A DNA stretch of 64,000 nt from Trichoplax adhaerens (lineage: Eukaryota; Animalia; Placozoa). Of the stretch, positions 1-13,670 are shown piece by piece (position 1 is the stretch's first letter; the number at the start of each line of letters is the position of its first letter). The translations under genes were made by a program, and so were the position numbers. The stretch covers positions 529,788 through 593,787 of the forward strand of contig NW_002060968.1 in assembly GCF_000150275.1 (NCBI RefSeq), in the 5' to 3' direction. The notes under the pieces were generated by a model, which saw nothing but the letters and a program-made list of their open reading frames with translations, did not search any database and was not told where the DNA came from.

Positions 1-20
1 TCAACCTTATAATATTTGCT

Positions 21-2147
21 ATGATTTACGGTGCGGTAGAGCAAAGGACTCGAATTAACCTAACTTATATCGCTGAAATCTTTTCAGGGTAAGCAAACTT
101 TACATGGAGAAGAAACTAGCCACAGTATAAGACAAAGGTTTAACTCTTATTATATCATATTATGACTCCAATTAGATTTATACTTTCTAGAATAAATTTT
201 GTTTCAATTAAATTTAATAGAAACTCTGAAAATATTTATAGAAAGCAATACAATGCAACCAATCCTAACAATATTTTCATCGATGATGGCAGGAAAAATA
301 AAGCGCATAGTACACCAGATAATCTTATTTCTAAACCATTAGGCGATGAAATTTATCCGTGCCATGGTCGAAATCCCATGCACATAATTAATACATGATG
401 AATTGTAATACGTTTATTTTTGCAATGTTTACTAGAAAATGTGAAGAAATTCATTTACAAGACTGCGAATAGAAATCTAAGCCATGACACGAGCTCCGTT
501 TCAAATTCTTCTATCCAGACAGTCAATATGAACAGCTTAGAGGATCTTGATGATTTCCCTTCAAAATGGCAAGCTTGCCAAAAACAAACCGGAGAAATTC
601 CAGTGTCTGAACTCAGTTCCTTTTTAATAAATTTAACTGCAGATAACAGCTTTACTTTAACCAAAAAAAGTCATGTCATGAATGGCAGCAGTGAAGAACT
701 CTGTTTCTTCTGCCGCAGAAATGATTTCTTGGAGGGTCATGCTAATACAAAAAGCAATGTCAAGCCGTGTCCATTTTATGTCAAAATATCCAATTTCTAC
801 TGCAAAAGAGAGGTTTACCAAATTGAAATGCAAGGATATCATAATCATGCTACGAAAAACAGTAAAGCTAATAATCAAGTCCGTCGAATTCTTCATCGCT
901 CTGTAAGAGCATGGATCATTGCATGTCTTCGCTCAGGTATGAGTTCAAGACTTACATTTATGGCCAGCATTAATCGTCTAAATATTCCAGGAATAGGCTC
1001 GATCCCAACCAGTAGCAACAATGCGCGTTTATCATCGTCATCCAATTCGATCATCTGGAATCCAACGCTGAAGCAGATCATTAGTATTAAGAACAAATTA
1101 AGAAATGCTCATCAATGTCACATCAGCGATAACCATTGTGTACGAAAACTGATTTTAAAATACCGCAATGATGTAGTTTACATGAGCACTTTTGAAGACA
1201 CGGACGCTGTTAATCAATTTCTTGAAATAAGAAAAAAACATTTACATAAATCGAATTGCTCTATTGGTCTAACTCATGTACCCAAAGATTTATTTCTTTG
1301 CGTATTGCAAACGGATTTTATGCGTAAGCGTATGATAAAGATCCAAAAGATAAAGCAAGGAGATGCAATTTTGCATTATCATACCATAGATGGACTTGAC
1401 TGGCATGGTCAACCTATCGGATTATTATTATACAAAAACGAATTTGATGTCGCAGAAATTATCGCATACATAATATCATCAGAACCAATCGTTGAGCTGT
1501 TAAGTATTTCACTTTCTAAACTGGTTGAAGTTGGATTATCTCCTGATGCGGGGATAGTAACTGAATGGAACTATGTTGCTAGCTCTTATAAGTGTATTTT
1601 CGATGATTCATTCTCGATATTTATTAGTAGTTATCATTTAGTAGAAGGATGGAAGAGATGGTTAGTATCTGTAAAGAATCATCCCATTAATTTGACGCCT
1701 ACTGAAGCAGATCGCATTACAATATTAAACAAAGTTAAGACATTAGCAACAACTGACCAGGAAAATATTCATGCAGAAACGAAGCTAGGCTTATTTAATT
1801 ACTGTCGAGATAGAGGACTCCATCATATTATTGAGTATTATAACGAAAAATACGCAAATAATACCGCAAATAGGAAAATAAATGGCGGTATAGAATGGCA
1901 AACAACTGGGCAAGTGAGCGAAGATTGCTGGTGTTTACTATTCAAAGAGAAGGTTGCTAAATGGCTTCAGAATGGCAATCTGCATACTAGTATGGCATAT
2001 CAAGCGCCGTTGAATTATAATATCGAGAATAAGAAGATAACTGTAGTAGAGAATGTGGTAGAGCGTTTAATTTGCCTTATGAAATATCAAGAAGAAGCGG
2101 TAAAGTTATTGTTAAGTAATGAGAAACAAGATGATGAAGTGAAATAA
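21..2147 (+). CDS. Mutator/MULE transposase-derived protein (WRKY/GCM1-like Zn finger plus degenerate MULE DDE domain), 3-exon model
   Basis: Exons 21-88, 221-366 (alternative in-frame acceptor at 191) and 436-2147 join in frame through GT-AG introns 89-220 (phase 2) and 367-435 (phase 1). The protein has C..CPFYVKI..YHNH (MULE-type Zn finger) and a MULE core-like segment: LHYHTIDG..QPIGLLLYKNEFDVAEIIAYIISSE..LSPDAGIVTE..FISSYHLVEGWKRWL. The frame is open to the window edge, so the start could lie further upstream. Confidence 0.65.
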
Positions 2148-2988
2148 TTTTGTATAAAGTTGTTCTAAAAGTAGTATCATAGCACCGTATTGAAATAAAT
2201 TTAAAAGTTTATTTTATTAAGCATGTGAGGTTAAAGGAGAAAGCTATAAAAAATATATTAATTCAATAACCAAAGTACCAAGTAATAAAAGTACACTAAT
2301 ATTACGTTAGAAGTTTGACAACCGTTATGGGAATTTTGATAAATAGAAAGATAAAATTATCCACTAAATTTTTTTGATTATTAGACGTTCTAAAGTATGG
2401 TACGATTGTTATTGAATTCATATATTTTATCATACGCGTATATACTCGTATATATAACTGCATTTGTGGAGTGAAATGATGCTCGGTTCTCTTTTCTTTA
2501 CCTACCTATTCTCTTGATTGTATTGGTTTGAAATATTAATATTTGTAACGACTCATACTGTAATTGTGTTTTAATATTTTCATAAGGTAGACAACATTAG
2601 CATGCATTATATTCACATGGTGACATAGAACATGTGTTATATGCATATATTTAAATACCGTTACCCAATGGGCTATACGATGAGTACAATAATGTAATTA
2701 CTGATTCGGAAAAATAAAGGGAGAGTTCATTGTAGGTTTGTTTGCCAGTCTATCGTATGCACTACAATTAACTTAGATTTCTATTAAGAATCATAACGAA
2801 AGACAATTCTTTTCTCAGATCAAAATCATATTTTCTTCTAAATAGCGTAGCTCATTTCTGTAACGATTGGCTTTAGATTCTATGAATTATAGGTACTCCA
2901 ACCTATTAGATCTTCACGAATAGTGAATACAGTACCGTAACTAACTAATACTCTAACATCACATATGATATATTTTGGTTTAGATTTT

Positions 2989-3020
2989 ACTAGTACAAAC
3001 TCACGTCGCTTTGCTGACGT
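2989..3020 (-). mobile_element. Helitron-like 3' terminus (hairpin + CTAG)
   Basis: The minus strand reads ACGTC-agcaaagc-GACGT (hairpin), 9 nt, then CTAG followed by T. A second, degenerate terminus (CCCGC/GCGGG hairpin + CTAC) lies at ~3667-3697. Confidence 0.4.
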
Positions 3021-4569
3021 TTTACGATAATGTACCCATTTGTCAATAATTAACAGATAGTGTTACCATTCGACCTTATATATATCCCGGTAATAGTCAG
3101 GCACTACTATATTCACAGCTGTGCTTCTAGAATATTACTTTTAGATAACGCATTGACGGATGAAATGCTATGAAATGCTATATTAAGATTAGTTCATAGT
3201 CCAAAGCACATTATGATAACTAATGTACGGTGATGGACAAACCAAGTTAAGATTAGCAGGTACTGTAAGATATAGACAGTGCGGTACAATGTCCTAAGTA
3301 CTGTACTGTGGTCAATTCTATACCTATCATTATAATATATCTAAGGATCGCTTGCGTATGCAAGCAAAGCTTGCTCTGTCGATAACAACTGTTCAAAGAA
3401 AATGTAACAATCAAAATGGCTACGTAGAAAACTCTCTAAAGATTTGATGCTTATTCAATTTTCATCCGAGTATTACATCAAATCAAAATGTAAAGGCCCA
3501 GTAGCCACCCTTAGCGATATAACGAATACTATTTTAAGAATTAGTACTCTGCAGAAATGACTACCTTAGAGCTATTCGTTTTACATGAAGATATCTTGAG
3601 GTAAAAGATGCTGTAAAAATCTTATACTGACCTATTGAAATAAACCCATAATCGCAATCATCCAATAGTAGTATAAATACCCCCGCGCTGCTGCGGGTGG
3701 GTGGAATTTTAATTTTTACTTGCAATCGTTATTGACCTGCGCGAGCCAGTATTTTGGTAGTCTCCAACAGTATTATAGCGTTAGATAATATCTGTCAATT
3801 TTCGAACGAGTAATTTAGGTAAACTCTTATCATACCGTCGACATGGTTAATATAATATCGAAGGGAAGTTATGATATCAGCAATAGTTCGATTCTATCCA
3901 TACTTTACTACGTCGACTTTAAACTTACAGTATACAGTCTACCCTTAAAATCACTAAAATTTCTGCATTAAACACAATAACAATATCAGCTGACAATATT
4001 ATGTAGAAATTATAGATATTGAGAAGTAAATGAAAAGATTTGAAAAAAAATTTATTTTCGGTCGCTAAGAAAGCACTTTAAATAAATTAATGGTAATCAA
4101 ACGATCGGTAATAAAACTTTAATTTTCGATAATGCCATCAACATAGCGCTGCATCACTTACGGTAATAAAAACAGTTAGCATTATCGAATCCTTCATCTA
4201 CTTTATATGTCTTCTGCACCTAGCGCTATGAATCTGAATAAACCGTATTAAGTCTTCATGTATTTATTGGTTTAGTAAAAATAATATAGACAACTGGTAT
4301 GATCTAGCATAGTATACAGTCTGAATCAACTGTTGCAAAGGATAGAATGACTAAAAAGTCTCATCGTCGCCAGTCTTATCAATAATCATGACGGTTATGA
4401 TTAATAAACACTATGAATAATATCTTTTATCTCTTTGTTATTTTTTCAATAATGATAACGCATATTACTAATTCAATCGATAATTATCCAATAGCGTTAC
4501 AAAGAGACAAGTAAATACGTTAGCAAAGATAATTTTATTAAAAGTCTGCCGTAATGAACTAGTGAAATA

Positions 4570-7090
4570 TGATTTTGTTTCCAAAATATAATTTCTCTAA
4601 ATTTTTAACATCATCGGCCTATCACAACTACCGTAGTTCACTAGCAGTAAATGACTGTTGCTTACATTAAAACACAGCATATTATTTTGGATAGCAGAAG
4701 AAGACTTTAGATTTATTGGGATAAATTGGACAATAATTATGAATTTACTCTTATCCAGAAAATCAGTTGTAACCCAATCAAATTGTATGAGTATTACGAT
4801 TACAAACCCAATTGAAATTGTTACTCTTTCTTGAAAGATTCTAATTTAAAGGCAAATAATAATGTTAATTACAGCATTATAAAGCTTTTTTCATCAAGTT
4901 ATTGTAATATCGTTATTTGCAGACAGGTAAACAGTACTACCCGACATATTTAAGAAATATACGAAGGTTATGACAAAAACACGTAGCGGTATAAATTAAA
5001 TTTAAACTAACTTTAAGAGTGATGGTATTTGACTCAATAGACCAATTTTGGCCAGTTGTTTAAGTAATAGCACGTATTATACAATGGTTATGGCTTAACA
5101 TACTACAAGATACGGCAGGGGTAATGACAATGATTACCGAAAATTAAAATCATAATTGGGCTATATTGATAGTGCTTCAAAATTAGGTAACGAAAATCTG
5201 ATCGCAGTAGCTCTATCTTTCTTAATCGCTACTATGATCTTTCTAAAATCTGGAGACGAATTCGACTATTTTTGTTCGGGGAAACCTTTGAATATTAATA
5301 GCGATAAATTTAAAAATGACCATAGCTGACGACACTTACTGTGAAGTAAAAGGTTAAATGTACTATTGGAAATCAGCGATAATAAAAATTACTTCCTAAT
5401 GATTGGAGTTGTGTGACTAGTATCCTTAGAATGAACACGTAATCTTCTCCCTGGAGTTCGAAATAAATTTGTTATAAATGCTCTCATTTCCCTTCTAATT
5501 TCAGAACTGGCGTAATTGTACAGCATGGGATTTAAAATAGTTGGAATTAACATCAAAAGAGCAGACAAACGATAAAATATCCAAAATATTTCGGGTAAAC
5601 GCCTGACCGCGTTACCAGTAGAGTGCTTTAGGAATGCAATTCCTATATGTATTGCCATAAATGGGAAGTAGGAAGCTGCCGATAAAATGGTAATGATCAG
5701 TAATGCCATTATGGCTTGATTTTTCTTTCGCCTAGACTTCTTGACTTCTGCTTTATACTCTGAATCGGCCATTGGAGGGTCATGATGCCATAATCTAGCA
5801 ATAACGCAGGCATACAATGTGATAATAATAATTATTGGTATTCCAAACGTAGCAACGGCATAAATAGTGAATGAAATAGCATTATAGAAAGATCCATAAG
5901 GCGATAATGAACTTGTGCAGTTTACAATACTATTGCGATCATAAATGCGTAGAATTACAATTAAAAGGGTGCTACTAAGTGATATTATCCAGATTGCCAT
6001 CAAAATCCTATTCATCTGCTTCCCAGTGTATGCTCGTTTTAGTGGGTGTATAATTGCTCGATATCTTTCTGCTCCAATTATCAACAGCGTAAATGTAGAA
6101 GTAGTTATTGATGCAACGTATATATAAAATAAACTGTTGCAAACAATATTAGCAATGTTTGGTGTTATTTTCCCAAATAATTGAGGATACGTCTTTAATA
6201 TTAGAGGAAAAGTCGCTACTACACTATACGTAACGACATGAATTATATCAGCAAGTGCAAGATTAGCGATAAGGCGATTCAAGGGTATCTGCAGATATTT
6301 CTGGGTGCAAATTTTATGGAAAATGATAACATTTAAAGTTATGCTAAAGAAACTCAATACCATAGCGATGATAGTAAGATCTGAATTAAACCATGAAAAT
6401 GGAGAAAAGGGAGTATAGGCAGAACTACCATTGTTCGAATAGTTGTAGTTCATTTTTACGAATATCAAAGCTATTAACGCGTCTTTAATTTTCGAAATAG
6501 TGTAATAAAATGTTCAGAAGATAGCAACTATGCTAGGCTATATCACAATCTTGTATTAATACTCAATTTAAACCACATATGACAGCTTTAAATTCACTTG
6601 TAGCCAAGAAAATGGAAAGAATAATTTCTCTTTAATTTCTGACCGTTGCTAAATTCTTTTCAAGTCTTTCGCGAAATCGGCAATAGAACTGTTCTAATAA
6701 AATTCTTTCGAATCTTGATCGTAAATGATAAATTTATCTTAGTTAAGTAAATTTATAAAATGATAAGCAATTATAGAGCTTAGGTATTGTCAAAATAGTT
6801 TAACATGAATGACTGCAAGTTTACGAATAAACTACACTTACATATTAGATACCAAGATACTTTCATTGCAAATTTGGCATTTATTTCCAATGATATTAGG
6901 CGATATTATGAACTTTTACATTTCACAAAGTATAAATAGATTTGCTTTAGAGTAAGGACTTTGTTTTTACAAGCAAAAAATTATAGGTAATAAAAAATAA
7001 CTTTTAATCGAACGTAATTTTTGGATCCTCGTAATAGGAAATTTTAGAAATGAATGACAATCACTTTAAGCATCGTATTAGTGCTATTTT
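4570..7090 (-). repeat. Left arm of an old inverted duplication (partner ~15630-18175)
   Basis: The GPCR CDS and both flanks match in reverse complement, e.g. 5281 gaaacctttgaatatt vs 17411 atattcaaaggtttc; 7045 tagaaatgaatgacaatc vs 15648 gattgtctttcatttcta. Confidence 0.85.
5389..6453 (-). CDS. Intronless orphan class A (rhodopsin-like) GPCR
   Basis: 7 hydrophobic segments; NLALAD (TM2), C3.25, ERY (TM3), NPMLY (TM7), N-terminal N-glycosylation sites. ATG at 6453 is preferred to the TTG at 6468. Confidence 0.93.
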   Translation of the reverse strand: MNYNYSNNGSSAYTPFSPFSWFNSDLTIIAMVLSFFSITLNVIIFHKICTQKYLQIPLNRLIANLALADIIHVVTYSVVATFPLILKTYPQLFGKITPNIANIVCNSLFYIYVASITTSTFTLLIIGAERYRAIIHPLKRAYTGKQMNRILMAIWIISLSSTLLIVILRIYDRNSIVNCTSSLSPYGSFYNAISFTIYAVATFGIPIIIIITLYACVIARLWHHDPPMADSEYKAEVKKSRRKKNQAIMALLIITILSAASYFPFMAIHIGIAFLKHSTGNAVRRLPEIFWIFYRLSALLMLIPTILNPMLYNYASSEIRREMRAFITNLFRTPGRRLRVHSKDTSHTTPIIRK

Positions 7091-9609
7091 TAAACAAAGG
7101 ATTTAAATTGTTAATGAGATATTATTCCAAATAAATAAATGAACCGTAACATTTGTCTGCTTTTAAATATTTTCACAAACTTCTATGGAAGTAATTTGAA
7201 AAGAAAATTTATTCAGTCTTTATAATTCAGTATTATATCTACAAATTATTGCCGACGGAAAATAAATTAAAATATACTTTTTTAAATTAAATAAAATTTT
7301 CGATACGAATTTTCATCATTTATTTTTAAAGTATCGCTACAATAAAGTTTACTTTACAATGTGGAAAATTTTTCTTGCCTAAGTAAAATATATTATCAAT
7401 TTTATAGATTTGAAACAATTACGAATCTAGCTATTCTTCATTACGAACGAAAGCATTATTAATTAATTTCCATAGTCAACATGGAGATAAAACATTTCAA
7501 GGTTATGATCTTTATATTTTATACGTGAATCAATTTCATTTCCTTATTTTACATTACTGCATGTGACAAAGTCTTAGCTGCTTTTGTGAGAGAATTGCTA
7601 ATATTCTCTTGGTTATAGAGTATTACGTATGTCAGTTCTCTTCAATCAGTATACCTTCGTCTCTCTCCAAGATAAATCACCAAAGTCTGTTTATCTAGTT
7701 GATCTTATGACTGTATTGCTTGTGTATTATATGCTTGACTAGTACTCAAAAAGTACCCTAGTGTATGATTTTCAGCGTAATGAAAGAAAACAAACTTAAG
7801 GTTGTTTGCAAATCAGTACCTATGGCAATGATTTTTAATTAATTAATTAATAAACAAAATTGCATCAAATTAATCATATATGAGTCGCTGTTGTGAAATC
7901 AAAGTAAAGACTAGAATATAAGGAGTCTTATCTTTTATTCCTGTTAAAAACGTCAATATTAATTATTATCGTATCTAGCCCATTTAATTATCTTTAATTG
8001 CAAATTAATTATGGCGATTTCTACGCTAAAAATTCAACAGCTTTCTTACGTATTTATCTTAATTGTTAGCATTCCTCGAATACTATAATGGTGGATGCTT
8101 TAGCATTGTTTAATAGTTTATATTTTCTAAATTGTAGTTTGTTTATTTTTTTGTGGCCTATAGCTCATATATAATTAATATTATTAAAGGTCAAACTGTA
8201 CCATACAATTTAACAAAGTCAATTATAAGGCTATTTTAAAAGTATGATTGCTTTAAATTTATCAAGAAGAGTCAGTATATCCGCATACAGCTACTGGTCT
8301 TATACGATAATTGATGCATTCTTTTGACTGAACCACTCAAGCAGGAGACCTCTGAGTGTATTTACTTTACTTAAAGTAGCAGATAAAAAGAAATAGAAGA
8401 AAATGTAGTTTGAATATAGCATTTTTAGCTTTAAGTTGTCTCATTTTAATTATGTTATGACAATTTGACGATATAGAACATGCTTCTTAATTTTATAATG
8501 TGCCACAGAGTATAAATGCTGTCATTGAAATCAATTTGGCTTGCACCGCACTCAGCTAAAATTTCTCAGGATATTACTTATTAATGAGTATATTTTGAAA
8601 GTTAATTACATTTTTTAGTTGTTAAATTAAGAATCTAGAATGGAAATGATAGATTCTTCATTAAAGCTATAGAAAACTGGCCGTTTTCATTCTAAGTATT
8701 TTCTATACTGATTGTCCCAAGTGGTAGTCTATTAATATAATACTGTAATTACAAGGAATAGCACAAATCAATTGTTTGCTATCTTGGATACCTGATTTTC
8801 TATTTGTAGATCATGCTTAAGCGCAAGTGTGCAATTTTAATTAATATTCTGTAATGCCTAGGAAGATTTAAAAGCATAAATTGAAATTTTCAATCATACG
8901 TCTACTAATGATATTGTACTGTAAAATATCGTTTAAAAGCATGTGGCTAACAGATCATGTTAAACTGTGTTCAATATCATTTTTAGGATCTGATGCAGAA
9001 CATGTGTAAAAATCATAATTTCAACATAGATTAATTTCTCTGTTGAAAGTACAGCTAGTTTCAAATTGGTCGCTACTAAGCCTTTCTTGTCACTACGACC
9101 TAGTTATACTATCTTCGTAAGTTAAATACTTAAGAATCGCTCCACGCCAGATAGGAAACCTATATTAAAAAGGTACTTGCACCACAGATTCATCTATTTC
9201 TTTCTTAGATAGTTAATCATAAAGCTCATTCATAGCATTAACAAAATTAGCCCGTACGTAATTGAAATTCAAAACACTTATAAATTATAATTTCTCTATA
9301 AGATTCGTTTCAAACGAACAGATTTACAGTATATAAGATATAATCGGGTTAATTTATTTTACTTTCTATTTAGTTTGACAATTAAAAACTAGCCATACTT
9401 TCTTGCACCTATGTACGTAATTCAATTAATGCCTTTACTAAAATATGAATAAACGACTTTGAGTTTATTCTTTTAATGGAAGATCATAGTGAACGCGTTG
9501 TCTGCAGCAAACAAATAAATTGTTTTCCTTTAATAAATTATGTGTTGTTTTTGCTAGAAAGAACAGTTTTCTTTATAGCAACTGCTACATCCTTAATTAA
9601 AGGCTGACT

Positions 9610-10165
9610 GCAGGCAGGGTGTATTTGTGGACGAAGTATACAAACTGGTAGTCCAGAAGATATGCTAGATGTTCAATATCCTGCATCAGCGTTGTGTTGT
9701 TGTTAGGAACAACAGATTTCTGCTTTCTACCACATCTGCTGCATCCTTTACTGTATTTGGCCTCAGAGGTAAGTTTTTAAGATTTTTCTGTTCCGCCTAT
9801 GCTTTTGTTAGAGACAATAGTTTTCTTTTTCTACTAAGGCTACTCTATTCTTGATTTTATTTTGGTCATAGAGGCAAGTTTATAAGATTTTTCTCTGTCT
9901 TTGCATTCTACAGACAATATAAGCAAGATATTCTTTATAGACGAAGGAAACAAATTTGTAGCGAACCAGATGCGCTAGAAGATCAATATATACTAAAGTA
10001 TTAATGTCCATGCTATTATTATAAAAACAGCTCTCTTCTATAGTGTCTATTTCATTCTAGACTACAGTAGTAGAGCTCGCTTTGATTCTCCTTCGCGTAC
10101 CGTATACACTTTGTATATTCTTGTACAATGTCCATTTTACTTTCCATTATGGTAGATTACGACAG
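9610..10165 (+). repeat. Dispersed diverged repeat, copy 1 (copy 2 at ~18490-19040)
   Basis: Colinear shared blocks with 18.5-19.0 kb, e.g. ctagatgttcaatatcct / ctagatgatcaatatcct, tgcttttgttagagacaa / tgcttttgttagaaacaa, actttccattatggtaga / actttccattatggcaga. Confidence 0.7.
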
Positions 10166-11639
10166 GATGTTTCCGTGGACTAATGTTGTAATGATTTAAT
10201 TATTATTTTTCGAATAGTTTATTGACAAGAGATCTAAGACAAAGAGAAGAGACATTTCAATCTACTTGGCGTAAAAGCAGAGGAAATATACTGGAAAAGC
10301 ATGTTTAAAGTGCTTCCGGGTATAGACTTGCAAGCAGGAAAAGTGCAAGCAGGAATAGTGGATTACTCAATCAGGAACAACCAGAAGTAGATCTATTTCT
10401 GCTCTATAGTCTCCGACTCTACCTAGGTCTGCACGGCGTTACTATACTGCTTCTCTCTGCCTGAACTGTAAGGCCGATGATACAAAAAGAGAAATATATG
10501 CCGTATTATCAAGTAAAAATTAGAAAGACTACTAGCAGTATTATTTTCTAGTACTAACTGATTTACATCTTTAAAACTAGTAGAATCCTCTCTCGTTGTT
10601 ACTTTACTATATATTACACAAGATATAGCTAGACATATTGTGTAAAAATCACACAGCAAGATACATAGCAGACTATACAAGTTTATAACGAACGTGTTTT
10701 ATTGGATTATCTATTAGAAACAGAAGTTTTCATGTAGTAGGAACTAGGCAGCTTCACCTTTTATTTACTAAGTATGATTTAGTTCGTGTTATCAACTGTT
10801 AGAATAGATTGTCAGCGCGATTATTCTGAAAATACTTATTGCTAACAGTGTGCAGTAATGAACTAAATTACTCATTTAATACTGTTTCGAATCGTTGTTG
10901 GAGCTTAGCATCGGTCTATGCTGATGGCTTATGTGATTTATTAGGTGTTTATGCTATAATAAATTGAAACAGTTCAATGTTGCGGTGTTGCCTTGTCATT
11001 AGGATAACTTAATAAGTACAGTAATAATTAGTATGGAGAATATCCATATTTGTAGTGCTAGGTAAGATAAATAATGCCTTAACGTGGATGTTGTTTGTAA
11101 TAGTTCAATACATATTTGATATTGATTGTTATTGTGCGATAGATAGCAATAAGATGATTCAAGTTATAGCTGATGATAGTTGAATTAGACAACCTACGAG
11201 CTTAGATTAAGATTAAGTATGAGTAAGAGATTCAAAATATTTACTGATAGAAAAGCTATGTAAGGAATATCTCAGTTCGAGACGTTTCTCCTAGTAAGGT
11301 ATAATAATAATACTATTGTTGTTTATAAATTAGACGGTTCCTATATAAACGGGAACATTTGACTTTAGTGGTGTGGTAAAAAAGTTGTAGATTTATCTTT
11401 GCGATAGAAGTTTTATCTTTACAGCATTTTACTGGGTATGTTTAACGTTAAGTATAAGGGTGTTTAAGTCAGTAGCTATTTATGGACTTTTACTGTACGC
11501 TATCTTGTCACAGAAGTGAAATGTTGACATTCATTAAAACTCTTTCTGAAAAAAAAATATCGATATTAGTAATTTAATCAAGCATGCATAAGCTACCATT
11601 CTTAAGTCTGAAAGCTTTAATGGCTACAGCTTTAACTAT

Positions 11640-13670
11640 ATTATTCAAGCTTCTATTTGATACATATTATCTCGCCAATTGTTCAAGCTGTCATTGATCC
11701 ACATAGTGGTAATAGCTAAATGGAAAATTAATCTCATGAGATGCTATTTTAATATCTGTGTTACAAACCACGAGTGACAAAGTAGTCTATACACGCCAAT
11801 TCTTGCGGAAAACGCCACTTACTAACTTAATGAGGCGAGATTAGCTACATTACCAAATAATTCAGTTCCAACAACCAAATACTATGGTATAATTATAGCG
11901 TCGCAGATATAGCACGACTCTAATTACTGACGATCTCCTATGGTTAAGATACGACAGTTAGGTAGAAGCTACTCCATTGCATGCTCATACCATAAAGACG
12001 AAATATGTGATTTCAAATATTGATATAACATATACTGTAAATACAGATCGATTTGTAACGATACCAAATGGATGTTTTTAAGACTTGGAAATAATGATAG
12101 CGCTATCTAAGATTCAAATTACAACTTTTATATTGCTGTAATCGAAGCTACCTTTGGTAAGTTACTTAGATTACTAGCTCTTAAACATGATGAATTCGAT
12201 AAGATAGTTCTAATACAGACTTTATCTAAGCGATTCCTGTTTCCATGTTTGACTTTTGATCGAAACTGCTCCTTAACTAAGTTGTAGCCTCAAGCATCAT
12301 GAATTAGATAAGTTCTTTCTAATAGAGAGTGTATCTTAGGCATCTTTGTTCAATGCTTGACAATATTATTATAGGACAAAACTCTTTCAATTGAAATACA
12401 GTGTAGAGCCATGAGTTTAGTACTTGAGCTGAATTTTTAATTAAGTATGGAATTACTAATATGCACTACCGTAGACTATAAATATAATGCTTTCATAATT
12501 TAATACCATTAGTTGCTTGAGACCCGACAAAATATGGTAATTCAATGCCTTTGCTTAGTTCGTGGAAGCGAAGTAATGCTATTTACTACTATTACTACGT
12601 AAGTCATGTGCTAGGATTTATAATCGTATGCAACGAGTAGATTGGGAAGTCTTCTTGTTTATAGTTTCCTGTAAGAACAGTTATGGTTAGTTTTATTGTA
12701 ATGGAGTGTAATTCACGTTTTAAATCCAAATAGTCTGATTTATTGAAGACCCTACAAAATTGACTTTATTACATAAAGATTTTGTCAACCAGATCATTAT
12801 TATAATGATTTTGTTAATTTTTGCCAGCTGTTACTGATTTGCGATTGAAAGTGCTATGATTTCGATCGTTAAGATAGAATCATAACCAGGATTAATGTAA
12901 TTATAGAATACTTAATACAAGTACTTGCATAACATAGAAGATAATCTTCAACACAAAAATGCTAGAAATTTGCTACATTTAGGATCAATTCTTAAAATAA
13001 TTACATATTTCAAAGATACTCTTATTTCGCGAAAAGTTCAATAGGGTTACCTTAGAAGCACCTTACATATTAGCGATGTTTTACGGATAAGTATTACTTT
13101 ATTCGCTATATTAACTCACTTATTGTAATAGCCTATTTCTGTTACTAATTTGCTATGACTAAGAAAAAGAAGCTATTCGATTGGATAAATTGATTTCCGT
13201 TTCTTTTACGGCAAAAAATAATACATGCCTATGATCGAAAAGGTATCGAAGTCAATCTTTAATGTTGAGCTAATCTCAGACTTTCTATTAGGCTATCAAA
13301 TACAACATAAAATAATTGCTAAACTTAGGTGCTCATTGCAAAGATTTATCATAAAATTACGGATTCTGAATTTTAATGTGATATATCATTCGGTTAATGT
13401 GGAAACGTAAAACTGAAAACTCTAGCAATGGACTGGATACAAAAAGCCGCAAGCTACTGCACTAAATAGATTCGGTTATTTTATTGTAGTCAAACCTAAC
13501 TCTTTTCTAACTTATATTTTTGCTACTAACTGATATTGATGAAATAAAAATTAAACTGATGAGTTTATTTATTAACTTACTTTTCCATGTATCGACTGAG
13601 TATTCACTTATAGTGTGATTAAAAGAAAGACGCTCCTCTATGATCATAAGGGCATAGTAGCTATATTCCT
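11640..13670 (+). pseudogene. PARP1-like pseudogene, middle fragment (homologues of exons 10-12 and 14-16)
   Basis: Colinear exon and intron homology to the intact genes (gatccacatagtg|gtaatagc; gattcaaattacaac; caaagatactcttatttcgcgaaaagttcaataggg; aaatagattcg|gtt) with stops, indels and lost splice sites. Confidence 0.85.
11759..11960 (-). repeat. Inverted partial copy of the LTR-like repeat at ~19950-20317, inserted in a pseudogene intron
   Basis: Reverse complement of 20110-20317 (ttcagttccaacaaccaaatactatggta vs taccatagtatttggtcgttggaactgaa). It is absent from intron 10 of the intact PARP copies. Confidence 0.7.

Noticed and set aside
11259-11422. Short TGTAAGGA...TCTTTACA segment with a TATA box, possible small solo LTR
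   Set aside because: No matching TSD and no second copy in the window.
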